From: Paraspadella gotoi
Taxonomy: Eukaryota; Animalia; Chaetognatha
Direction of reading: 5' to 3'
NCBI GenBank assembly: GCA_051294375.1
Contig: CM119267.1
Coordinates: forward strand, 15,912,105-15,976,104
DNA length: 64,000 nucleotides
The position numbers were made by a program, and so were the translations under genes. How positions within the stretch are numbered: the first letter of the stretch is position 1; every line of letters begins with the position of its first letter. The notes beneath the pieces are model-generated. The model saw nothing but the letters and a program-made list of their open reading frames with translations. It did no database searches and had not been told where the DNA came from. Positions 49,890-62,500 of the stretch are shown here, one piece after another.

Positions 49890-51711
49890 TTGTAAAGTGT
49901 GGAAATTTTTTTCAGTTTCTGCCATTTCGTAATTCATTTTTTATTAGTTGTTAAAATGGTCCGGGTCCGAAATCAAACAATCAGACTATCTTGGACGCTC
50001 CTTTACCAATCGATTTATAAAACGAAACTAGAGGCTTCATCGAATTTTCTTCAAGAATAAATGTGGGAATATAAGCCAATTACTGTGATAGTATTATTTT
50101 ACTGTGATTCGATTTAGGATTCGATTTTTAGTGTAATCCTGTCGTATTTTTTATGTTTAATGTCGACACGAACTTACCTAATTGTAGAATTAGGAAACAA
50201 AAGTTCTTGGTAACTATGTCTTTCGATATTTTGTTTTTATTTTGATATGTAAATTTATCTACGACCAGATTATTTGAATTTTATAGTCGTTATTTTGGGT
50301 TTGTTATGATATGGCAATCTAATTTCCTGTTAACATTTTTAGAAAATAAAAAATGAGGATGACAATTAAATCTTAAGAAGATCGAGATGAAAAAAAAATT
50401 GTACCACCCACAAAGGAGCCTAATGTGTTTCGATTTCAAATCTTAACAGTGAACGTCCACCAAAGTTGAGCAATGCGTAAAAATCTACTAAATCTAAACG
50501 CGTAGTCAATTTTTTTTACCAAACGAACTTTGCTCCCTTCCGAGTTTCGCCACTTCACTTTGCCTATATTTTTTTCCTCCCATCCATCTCCCCTTCATCA
50601 TTCCCTCTTTCTCGTGCCTTCAACAACGAAGAGAATTATGATTCGAGTTAAACGCTCTGACGTCAATTGCTTAAGTGAAACAACATCGTTATCTGCTTCT
50701 TTTTTTTTTCAACCCGTTTCAACTTTTTCGCTTAACTTCTTTCATGTCACGTCTTAATGAAGACTCAAGTTTTATTATTCTTACATCTCTTTAGTCATCT
50801 CATATCTCGAGTCCCTCTCGTCCACCCATACCCCAGGTGGTCTGGTGAAAAGATCTGTTTAAAAGAGCGAGGTCCCCTTCTTCGATGTGGCGATTATCGG
50901 AAATCGACCAGACCTCGCGTGCCTTGTCTTCAACGAGCCCGTCGTCTCCGGTTCATTGGAATGCTTCCCTCATGCTCCAATCCGTTCCTCTCACTCTTTT
51001 TACTAATGTGTGCCTTCGTTAAAAACTTGCCAACTTCTCGCGGTTGTTAAGCTTCTTTTCTCTACCTATCTACACAAACATTTTTAATGCGAAAGCAGCT
51101 CCAATCTATATTGCCTTCGGTGAGCAAAAACTAAATCCTTTTAGTCCCCGTTTAATCTTTTTATTGAAATCTGATTTTTAAATAACAACTGCAGGGCATA
51201 CAAGTGGATGAATTCAAGAATTTTATTATCGGACTTTTATTCTGATTTTAAAATTAAAATTTGACAAAAATCCTAGAAAAAGTTTTATTAACTCCAACTG
51301 ATTTATTTCATATCAATGGCAACATAAACAATAGAAAAAAAATACATACTTAAATTAATGTTCCTCGGGTTATTCTTTGATTCTAATGTCATTATATAAC
51401 TTTTAAGAATTTAGTATTGAACTTTCAGAAAGCAAAAAAACACGACCTGCAAATTGATTTAATTTGCGAAGTTCACGGTTTCTAATCAATTGTCTAACAT
51501 TTTTTTTATTTCTTTTTCAGATTCGTCTTTCTTTCTTGGGCCTCTCGTGACAGCAAGACGGTCGTTGTTATGACTCCAGCACGCGATCAGGCGCGCGATC
51601 TACGAAGAAAGCGCAACGCTCAATATCAACGATAACAGAACTAATGATAACATAAACTCAAGATCTCAGTTCTGAAGTAAAAAAAAATATGTAAAGTACA
51701 AAACGAAAAAA

Positions 51712-54700
51712 ATGAGCTTGGCTAGCGATAGCCAGTTTTCTGCTAATAATCCGCTAATGTTGGAAAGATTTAGAAAACCATTAGAGGTAAGGACTAAGGT
51801 GTATGAAAACTGAACTTGTTAAATTATAACTTTTACCCGTCCTTATCTTTTCTTACAGATTTCTTCGAAACTAATTCAAGGAGATAAATTCATAAAATGG
51901 GACGAGGACAGTCCAACGGGCGACGCGCATTGCATGGTGACAATGAACGTGGACGCCCTGGGCTCGATACTCTATTGGACGGACCCTCACAAGGAGGTGG
52001 AGGTACTGCACATGGCCTACGTTCGCGATGTGCGCACGGGCAAATTTGCCAAAACTCCCAAAGACAAGTGCCTCGCCGAACAGCTGTCCAACATGCCCGG
52101 CGGTGGTGCGCAGGGCGAGGGTCGTCTGGAGGATAGGACCATCACTGTTGTCTATGGCACTGACCTAACAAATGTCTCTTTCTACAATTTCATGAGCATC
52201 GCCAAGTCAGCCGAGGCAGTCGCTAAGGAATGGACCCAGGAACTTTTTGTGTATGCGTATAATATCTTCGCTCTTAATGGATCCACGCAGCGTTACCTGG
52301 AGCAATGCTACAATCGGCTCTCTGTAACCACGGATCGCAGCGGTAGAATCCCTGTCAAAAACTTGGTTCAAACATTTTCCAAGCAATCCAAGGATGATCG
52401 AAAACGCGTGGAACGGGCGCTCGAAGTCGCCGGCATCCCCAGCGGGCGAAACGATTCGATAGATCCTTCCAAATTTACAATCAAAGAATTTTTAAACTTT
52501 TACAAACATCTGACCGGACGTTCCGAAGTTGACCATATCTTTCAGCAGATTTTCCAGCAACAGGGGCTGAAAAAACGGCCGTACCTCACCGTCGATCAAT
52601 TCGTGACTTTTCTCAACAACGAGCAACGCGATCCTCGGCTTAACGAAATCCTCTATCCCTACTTCGATCGCGCCCGCGCCCTCGCCCTCATCCACTCCTT
52701 CGAACCTAACCCGACGTTGGTCTCGCGGGAGCAGCTTTCCGTCGACGGTTTCCTCACCTTTCTCATGAGCGAGGAAAATGCCGCCGTTCCTTCGGAACAC
52801 CTCGATAGGACCGAGGACATGACCAAGCCTCTCAGCCACTACTTTATTAATTCCTCTCACAATACCTATCTGACTGGGCATCAATTGAACGGCAAGTCGT
52901 CCGTGGAGATTTATCGGCAATCCCTTTTGGTCGGATGCCGTTGCGTCGAGCTCGACTGTTGGAACGGGCAGACGGCGGACGACGAACCTATAATAACTCA
53001 CGGCTATACCTTTTGCACCGAGGTACCATTCAAAGATGTTATAGAAGCAATCGCCGAAAGTGCCTTTAAGACGTCAGAATATCCGCTCATTCTCTCTTTT
53101 GAGAATCATATTACGGTTCCCAAGCAGCAGCACAAGGTGGTGCAATACTGCAAGGAGTATTTTGGAGACTCGCTACTAACTGAGCCTTTTGACAGTCACC
53201 CGCTGGAAAAGAACGTTCCGTTGCCTTCGCCTGAAATGCTAAAATACAAAATTCTTATCAAAAACAAAAAGAAAACTCACTACAAACACGACAACGCCTC
53301 GGGGTCGTCGTCGTCACCTGGGAGACCCTCCACTGGCTCAGGAAATGTCGAGAGCGGGAGATCAGGAACGCCGTCTACCTCCCCGGATGAAATCCAGGCT
53401 GAACTTATCGAGCCAGCTCTCGCTGAGCATGAACTGCCCGGGCCAGCCCTCGCTGAGCCTGTTGTTGATCGCCATTCCTCGGACGGAGACACAATCCATA
53501 CTCACCTCACCGAAAAAACATCCATCCTTAATTCAGACGATGAGGAAGAAGATGATATCGAAGACGATGAGGACGATGAGGACGAGGCGATCGATGACGA
53601 AAAGGTTCAAGAACGAGGCACGGCTGTACGCGAGGCAGAACCAAGTCAAGAAATTTCTGCGATGGTTAACTATGTTCAGCCCGTTCGGTTCCTTTCCTTT
53701 GAAAAAGCAGAAAAACGTGCCCATTTTTTCGAATGCTCCTCCTTTGCTGAGACAGAAGCGACGCGACTTTTAAAGGAGCATCCTGTCGACTTCGTGAACT
53801 ACAACAAAAAGCAACTCTCCCGCGTCTATCCTAAGGGAACACGTGTTGACTCTTCCAACTATACGCCACAGATGTATTGGAATGCTGGCTGCCAACTCGT
53901 TGCGTTAAACTTTCAGACGCAAGATTTGGGCATGATGTTGAACCACGGTATTTTTGAATACAACGGCCGATGTGGCTATGTGCTCAAACCTGATTTCATG
54001 CGTCGCGAGGACAGGAGGTTGGATCCATTTATAGAGTCAACAGTCGATGGCATAGTAGCCAATACAGTTAAGGTGAAGGTGATATCAGGGCAATTTTTGT
54101 CAGACAAACGATCCAACCCATACGTAGAGGTTGACATGTATGGTCTTCCCACCGATACGACAAGAAAAAAATACAAGACATCTCCTGTTAACAATAACAG
54201 CATCAATCCAGTGTGGAATGAGGAACCTTTTGTCTTTAAAAAGGTCGTTTTGCCAAATCTTGCACATCTTCGATTCTGTGTTTACGATGAAAATGGCAAA
54301 ATGATGGGCCACCGTGTCATTCCTGTTCGCGGCCTCCGACCCGGATATCGACATTTAAATCTACGTAATGAAATTAATCAACCTCTACCATTGGCCACTT
54401 TATTCGTCAAACTGGAAGTCAGAGACTATGTGCCAGACGATTTTTCAGAATTTGCCGCCGCACTCATGAATCCCATTCAATATCAAAAGGAACAGGCCAT
54501 CCTACGACGAGACCAGCAACTAAGATCTACCTTTTTGTTAGATGAGGAAGATGAGCCAGACACTAAGACGTTCCTGAATGAATTGGATCACTTAAGCGTG
54601 AATCCGGGATTGTTGAATGAACGTCGCTGCAGTGATAACCGGGACGCCGTTTTTATGAACTCGGATTTTAGGCATAAATCTCTTGAAAAGACCTCATCTT

Positions 54701-56175
54701 CTCCTATTGGTCTTAGTTTCGTAGAGCCGGGTTCTTCGAGCGCGTACAATGGTGACTCTTCCCTGTCTATGGATCGTCAAGATTCCACCTCCGCCTCTGA
54801 GGGACTCGAGGACAGTGACATAGTTGGCCCCTTGCAGACTCCCCGGGATTTAAGTCGGAAAGGGTCTCGAATGAGCGCCAGTGGACTGAAAAAAGCTAAC
54901 TCGACAGGAGGGTCCAGTGACGGCGAGAATTCAAATGGAGATTCTTCCATTTCTATGTCGCGTCAACCGTCAACGTCCTCTTCCACGGGAGTTGGCCATT
55001 TACCTAATAGAACCCTACCCCACCAAATGTCCGTTGGTTCCATTGACTCCTTTGATTCTGGTCCCGGAGGCAGAATAGGGGCAAGGCTGACCGGAAGACC
55101 ATCGACAACTTCAATGATACTAAATACCAGCGTTTCTTCACCTGACCCAAAGATGGACGCTTTTGCTCTGTTTTTGAAAGAATCGTCACTTAATACTCGG
55201 CAGGTGTCACCGTGCACGACTGAAACCATAAAAACTGATAAACTGTATGAGAAGTTGGTTGCTAAAAGAGACAAAGAGTTGACGAGTCTGGCGAAGAAGA
55301 ACAAAAAAGCGATGTCAAAATTAGAGGAGATACTTGGAGTCAGTGCGAGTCAGATGGATCACCGTTTATCTAAAGAAAAGCAGCAACTAGAAAAGAAAGT
55401 TAAAAAGTTGCTGCAACACAACAAAAAAGACAGTAGCTCAGAAGCTGAAGAGAACATTAAACGACAGGCTGAAAATGAGTTAGCTGCTTTCTCGTTGAGG
55501 GCAGAAAAAATGCGATCTGCTATGCAGATTGAATCCGCTAATGCCCTTCATGAAAAATCTCTTCGGCAACTCGAAGAGGAAGAATCGCGAAAACTTTGCT
55601 ACTTTAAGGAGGAATTTGAGCTCCTGGCTTCTCTGGTGGCCCGTGATCAAAAGGCTCAGATAGATGAACTCGAGTCGATGTACAAGGACGACGAAGCCAA
55701 GTTGCGGAAGGACATGGACACCGTGCACAAAGAACAAGTCAAAGAATTGTCGAAAACTCACAAAGACAAGCAAGAGTTGTCGCGTCGGAAGCGAGAGGTG
55801 CAACAGCGTTATGTGAATGATATTGTTTCAAAAGTACAAAGACTTCGAGATCTTAGAGACAAATGTATGAAAGAATTAAAAGAAAATCAAGAGGAAGCAT
55901 TAAAAGAATTGGAAGTGCTGCGACTCAGTGAATTTACTAATCTTCAAAAACTAATTGAAGCAAGTAAACAAGATTTGGCAGAAAAATATGGAGTAACATC
56001 ATCGAACGGTGGCCATGGATACATTGCTTCTTGTTTTCCGGACGGGGAATGTGGAAGCGAATCATTTTTGAACAGTCAAAGTGGTAGATTAAGCAACGAC
56101 GGCTCTAGTTCAAACGGAGCCATTTCCCCCAATCCTAGTCATTTTTCTGAATATGATGAATCTACCAAACTATGA
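51712..56175 (+). CDS. PLCB: phospholipase C beta; exons 51712-51786, 51859-56175
   Basis: GDKFIKWDED PH start; X box (HYFINSSHNTYL, GCRCVELDCW); Y box (LSRVYPKGTRVDSSNY); C2 domain; coiled-coil CTD; PDZ-ligand-like ESTKL end. Confidence 0.95.
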
Positions 56176-58070
56176 ATATTTAGAAATTAACGATCTTAAG
56201 AGGGGATTATTTTGCTAATGAATGAATTGTACCAAAAACCGACGGATTTAATTTACAGGATGCCATAAACTGGAGCATGTGCCACCACTTTTTTGGACAC
56301 AGTTTATAAAGTCTAAATGGATTATCAAAATAGTTTTATTTTACCGGGTAATTTTAAGTAGTGTAGGTTTGGGCTTAACGCTTTTATTTATCTCTGCTTG
56401 GAAAAAAATATGGAATATTTTCTTCTGGTGATCTGTGAGGCATTTCGTGACTGGTTTCGGCTCAGCTGCAACACTTACTTCATTTTTAGACCTGTAACTA
56501 TTGTAAAATAGTTTATTCTTATATGTATGTAGATTGTTAAGGATTTGTTTGATTCGTAATATAATTGAAAGTATGGTTACAACTTATTTTTAATTAGTTT
56601 TTTTCTCCATTAATCAATAGAAGTTCAAGGATAAATCGTAATATGCAATGGATTATTTAATATTTTTAGATAGAAAGCTTTGAGTCCGATTTGACGATTA
56701 ATTTAAAAAAAAATTAAAACAATATTGGCTCCTGAAACGGGACTAAATTTTATATTTGATTTGTTTATACTCATTTAAAACGACTCATCTCATAGAATAC
56801 TTTAATTTTGTCATTAAAATACATTTGTTTTTGAACGATTTCTTTTTAGAATTCTTGTATTTTTGATTGTTAATTTTGGCTATTTTTCCAAGCTGGCAGA
56901 AAACGCTTTAAAGCCAACAATTTCTATGATAATTAATTTTTGTTACCCAGAAAATATGTAATAGCTAAATACCATGTAAACTAGGACATTTTTTTTAAAA
57001 ATAATATTTTTCAGGTGGTAATATAATTTATATCAAAAAATCCTTCCATATGATTCTTCGATAGCTTTCTTCGCCAGTTTTCATTTAAATTGCTTTCATA
57101 TCTATTCTTTGGGTTCCCTGTTCTGTCATTCTCCTGGCTTATCGGTTTCTTATTGAAATTTTGTCGTGCCTTATATGAAAAGAGAAGCGAGTTTTTTTCA
57201 TATTAATTAAGGTACGGTTGTTTCCTTTATTATTAAATAAAGGATTATTTAATATATATTTACGTTTTTCTGGATCTTTTGAACTCTGTTAGTAACAGAA
57301 TCGCAATGTAGTTGCTGCAGATATTGATGAAACAATATTAAAAAAAACTGACTGTGTTTAAAAACAAAAAGCCTAGGTCAATGAACCAGTTTTCTCATAA
57401 TTTTTCTGTGATAGTTTATTTCTTAGTTGCCATGGTGTATTTTTTTAATTCAGCTTTCTATAATCTATATCCTACCTCCTATCGCGTTTGAAACTTAGCT
57501 TGTTAGTTTGTCAACAGGAAGTTTTCTGTACGACAATAAACAGTGTTATACCCTTACTAGTCTAATATTAATTTCAACCCCAAAGCCTAGTCCCCCGATT
57601 TTTTATTTTTTCTTTTCGCTCTAAATTTTTAGTTTTTTCTTTGCCATATTTTCCTTGAATGATATCATGTGTAGAAGTAATTTTTAGATCTTACAGATTT
57701 GTCAAACGGAAGGGCATTTCGTGAAAGTTTTGTGGGTGTAATCGCTAACAAGTAGTTATTTTTTATATCTCGAAGTAACCGTAATAGAAATTGCAGTTTT
57801 ATGCAGGCTATTACCTTTTGTCGAAATTTTAAGTCAAATTGGAAAAGATTTCCAATCTCGATTACGTTGTTATTATTAATATCTGTTATAAAATATTTTA
57901 TTTCATTTCAGTCTGAGAATTCCGTATGTTAACCGAGATTTTCCTCCAGCCGAATAAAAGACTACTCGAAATAATTTTGTCGTTTTTCTTCTACTTTTAG
58001 ATTTTATAAATATTTTATCTAATAAAATATACATATAACAAAGCTTGCCACGAGCTGGAAACATTAGAAA

Positions 58071-59486
58071 ATGCGTAGCTACGTATCCGACGAAGACGAT
58101 TGTGTGGTACCAAGTGAGGCTGAAGAATACGCAAAATGTCCCCACGGTCCTATGTTGTTGTTTCAACGCCGAAAGGACGGTCGTGCTTATTACGCATGCG
58201 CCGCCTCTCGAGACCGAAAGTCCTGCGCTTTTTTCTCTTTTCGGGACAAAATTCCGAGCGTCGAGACGTTGAAAGTGTGGAGGGTAGAAATAGTGGAGGC
58301 ATCCCTTCCGCCGAGCGCCGAAGACGCCGCGCGGTACAAAAGGACTAAAGCTCTGCCCGCTCGGGAACGAGCATATTGCGCCGCGCCTTCGTGTTCTCGT
58401 TTTGTTTTTCAAGACGAACTGTCGGCTCACGAAAATCACGCCATCGTCCGAGGATTATCGGACAAAAGGTTGAAACGTCCGACGGAGATTCTTCCCCCGT
58501 TAGAGGATCCAAAGTTCCACGCCCAGTTCTTTTTTGACGAAAAGTCCCTCGACTTCATTGTCGAGGTTGCGACCAATTTGGAGACTAATGTCGTCTGCCT
58601 TGGAGCTCCCAAAATTCACGAAGCTCTTCGGGGAAAACGTCGCTCTTTTCTACTTGATCTCGACCATCGGTTTCAAAGCTTTTACACCAACGAATCCTTC
58701 GCCCGCTTCAACATGTTCAATCGTCACTTTTTCTCCCCGGAAGCCGAAGCGGCGTTTAAAGCCTTTCTTTCTGTCTCGGAGTCTCCGCCTCTCATCGTGG
58801 TCGACCCTCCATTCGGTGGGAGAGTGCAACCGCTTTCGTCGACCCTCCTCGCCATATCCGCGTGGTGGCTCGCGGCTGTGAAGAAGAGCGGGAATACGGA
58901 CGACCCCAAAACAGAATCTGGCTACCTTTTGCCGGTTCTTTGGGCGTTTCCTTACTTTCTCGAAAAATCCCTCCTCAAAGAGCGTCCTGAATTTCAGATG
59001 CTCGATTTTAAAGTTGGCTACGTTAACCATTCCCTGTTTCGGTCGAACAAAGACGAAAAAACCCCAAGAGGTTCGCCCATCCGCTTTTTTACAAATTTAA
59101 AACCCTCCTCTATAAAACATCCGGAGACAGAATACAGATGGTGCACTTCCGGTTGTGAGAGATGGGTGGCCAAAGAAAACAACCATTGCGATCAATGTGG
59201 TTTCTGCCCGTCCAAAGATGGTACGGCCTATGTTCACTGCGATGTTTGCGCCAAATGCGTTAAACCCTCCCGCGTTCATTGCGCCTCATGCGGTCGTTGC
59301 GAACTGTCGGGACACGTTTGCAGCGACATTGGCGACGAGGCCGCTCAAAATCGATGCTTTGGTTGCGGCCTGACCGGTCACAAGAGGAGACAGTGTCCAG
59401 AAAACTGGCGAGGACAGAAAAGCAAGGGAAAAAGAAAGCGGGAAACAAAACCGAACAATAAAATCAAACGAGTGAAAGTTTTTTAG
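58071..59486 (+). CDS. ZCCHC4: rRNA N6-adenosine methyltransferase ZCCHC4, intronless
   Basis: GRF finger CPHGP..YACAASRDRKSC, AQFFF, LLDLD.RF, DPPFGG catalytic motif, Cys-rich region, terminal CCHC knuckle. Confidence 0.93.
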   Translation: MRSYVSDEDDCVVPSEAEEYAKCPHGPMLLFQRRKDGRAYYACAASRDRKSCAFFSFRDKIPSVETLKVWRVEIVEASLPPSAEDAARYKRTKALPARERAYCAAPSCSRFVFQDELSAHENHAIVRGLSDKRLKRPTEILPPLEDPKFHAQFFFDEKSLDFIVEVATNLETNVVCLGAPKIHEALRGKRRSFLLDLDHRFQSFYTNESFARFNMFNRHFFSPEAEAAFKAFLSVSESPPLIVVDPPFGGRVQPLSSTLLAISAWWLAAVKKSGNTDDPKTESGYLLPVLWAFPYFLEKSLLKERPEFQMLDFKVGYVNHSLFRSNKDEKTPRGSPIRFFTNLKPSSIKHPETEYRWCTSGCERWVAKENNHCDQCGFCPSKDGTAYVHCDVCAKCVKPSRVHCASCGRCELSGHVCSDIGDEAAQNRCFGCGLTGHKRRQCPENWRGQKSKGKRKRETKPNNKIKRVKVF

Positions 59487-59578
59487 TCGCCAGTGTATTT
59501 TCATTTTTTGCGTTCGTTTGTTGCGTTTTGAACTTAATTTTAGTTTTTCCCAGTATGACTTGATAAATTATTTCAACC

Positions 59579-62500
59579 ATGACGTGTATGGTCGGTTGCC
59601 CGCGATGGTTGCGGCTGCTGCGCCTGCTGTTGTGGAAGAATTTGCTCCTTCAAAAGCGTCGGCCTTGGTGGACATTCTTTGGCATTTTTCTTCCACTCCT
59701 CCTCATCGTTATCATCATGATTTTTCGACAAAAGGTTGAACCGGAAGAAATGGCAGACCCTCTCCGATTCGAGTCCTTTTCCGTCCACGGGATCCCTTCT
59801 CGAGACGCCAGTTTTGGGGGAGGCTTTGGCGATGGCAAGCCTAAATACAGGCAGGCCAAATTCACCATCGTTTACAGCCCAAAGAACAAGATCACCTCCG
59901 CGATCATGCGCAGAGCCGCCCACAAGCTATATTTGAAGAGGCTTAAAGGTTTTGCCGACGAATCAACGATGGTCGAATACATTCTCAAGAAACGCGCCTT
60001 CGCCCTGGCTCATTCCGGCTCCAAGGAAATCCTTCCTGGTATCACGATCGGCGGCCGTTCCGACGCCGCCGCCATCCTATGCGGAATCAGTTTCGACGCC
60101 ACGGATTGGTCGAAACCTTTACACGGCGCAAATGTCACTTACTCCCTTCGATTTCCCCACAGCCCACCGACGAACATGCCCAAATTTTCTAAATTCAGAA
60201 GAGGGGATCATTGGTTCACGGAGAGAATGTACCCGCGAAGATCGACTATTGGTCCGCGTGGGGCAAATGGTATATGTATTGACTGTATTGTGTATTCTGA
60301 TTGAGAATTTTTAAGACAATTTTTTGGTAAAATTATTTTGCGATTACATTTTAGGTTATGGCAGCGACACTCCGGGATATTACATACAAGGCTTCCTAGC
60401 TGTGCAGTGGGCCTTGAATAACGTGATCATGAAGCACGTGACGTCGAACAAGAGCCTCTTCGAAGATGTCAAGGTTGGGCTGAAGCAATTTGCTTACCCG
60501 CCTTATTTCGACGATCCTTACACCAGCGGTCTCCAGGCTCAATTTCCCTACTTGCTGATGGTCTGCTTGAGCATTTGTTGCTTGGACATAATTAAAAATG
60601 TGGCCGTGGAGAAGCAGGAAAAGCTCAAAGAAACTATGAAGATCATGGGTTTACCCAACTGGCTCCACTGGCTGGCTTGGTTCATCAAAAGCTTCGTGTA
60701 CATGGCCATCATCCTTTTGCTGATGACGACCATGCTGAAAGTCTGGATTCCGCCCTATGGTCGGGTCATAAGCTATTCCCAATGGTCTGTGCTGCTGGTT
60801 TTTTTCCTTTGCTATTCCGTGGCCTTGATAAGTTTTAGGTAGGCGAAAGATGAAATATTGTTATTTTGAAAAAGTAACATTAATTTTTCTGTTCTTCCTC
60901 CCTCCCTTTTTTTCCCTTAGCTTCATGATTACAACCTTCTTCAGCAAAAGCAATACCGCGGCCGCTGCTGGAGGAGTAGTGTACTTCCTCACCTTCATTC
61001 CTTTCTTTTTCGCTTATTTCAATTACAACGACCTCACCCTCGGCCATAAGATTACCTTCTGCCTCTCTCTCAATACCTGTCTCGGTTTGGGCTGCAAACT
61101 CATTGGGATGTTCGAGGGCAAAGGGACGGGGGTGACGTGGGCCACCGTGGCAACGCCCATTTATGCCGACGACGATTTTTCCATGCTTACCGTTTGGGCG
61201 TTACTCCTGGTCGACGCTCTCATCTGCGCCACTATCGCCTGGTACGTGGAACGGGTCCGGCCCGGCGACTTCGGCGTCGCTCTCCCCTGGTATTTTCCCT
61301 TCACCTCCTCCTACTGGAGCGGCGGCGTCGACAACGCCCGCGCGGACAGCCTTCTCGAGAAGAACGAATCGAAAAACGGAGAAGATAACGTCGCCCTTTT
61401 AGAAAAAAGAAACGTTTCGACGGAGAACGGAATCAAAATTCGTCGTTTGCGAAAAGTTTTTGGGGATCAGTGCGGAAGAGATTCGAATACATACAAAGTC
61501 GCTGTTCGGGGAGTCTCAATGGAAATGGTGGAAAACGAAATATTCGTTCTTTTGGGTCATAACGGTGCTGGAAAATCAACGACCATATCCATGCTGACAG
61601 GTAAAAAATTGTTTATGGTAAAATAAAGTTATAGTAACAAAGACATGATGTGACAATCCTTTCTTTTTTCGTTGTTAATGAGTTAAGAGAAAATCAAAGT
61701 TTTAATGAATTGTGCAACGAATTTTATTTGTTCAGATACGGACATGTTTCGGCTTGTAATGTAATGAAAACTTTTACTCTCTCTCTCTCTCACTCTCTCT
61801 CTCTCACTCTTCTTCTGCACAAAAAATTTTCAATTATTTCAAACTGTAATGGACGCTGATGAAGGCTTGAACATTACAAACCGAAAAATGTCCGTATCTG
61901 AACAAATAAAATTCGTTGCACAATTCATTAAAACTTTGATTTTCTCTTAAGTAATAAAGACATAATGTTGACGATTATATTCATATTGACACGACATACA
62001 GGAATGTTTTCTCCGACTGGAGGAGACGCTTTCGTCCGCAACAAAAGTATTCTCACCGATATGGCGGACATTCGTCGCGAAATGGGAATCTGCCCGCAAC
62101 ACGACGTCCTGTTTGACGACCTGACCGTCCGCGAACACCTCATATTTTTTGGCCGACTTAAGAATTGTTCTCCCGACGTTTTGGACTCTGAGATTGACTC
62201 GCTGTTAGGAGATCTACTCCTTGAGCCTAAAAAATTCGAATTGGCTAAAACATTGTCGGGCGGGCAAAAGAGAAAACTCTCGGTGGCAATCGCTTTAATC
62301 GGGCAGTCAAAGGTTGGACGCTAAAACTGCATTCCTATTTGGTTTCTGTTACAAGTATGTATTTTTATTTATAATTATTTGTATCAAGGTGGTTCTACTC
62401 GACGAACCGACGAGCGGTATGGACCCTTCCGCGCGTCGATTGACTTGGAATGTTTTGAAGAAGTACAACGCGGGTCGAACGATGCTATTGACTACTCATT

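Noticed and set aside
50530-51050. Short ORFs upstream of PLC-beta
   Set aside because: No protein motifs; more likely promoter or 5' UTR, with a probable UTR intron at 51120-51520.
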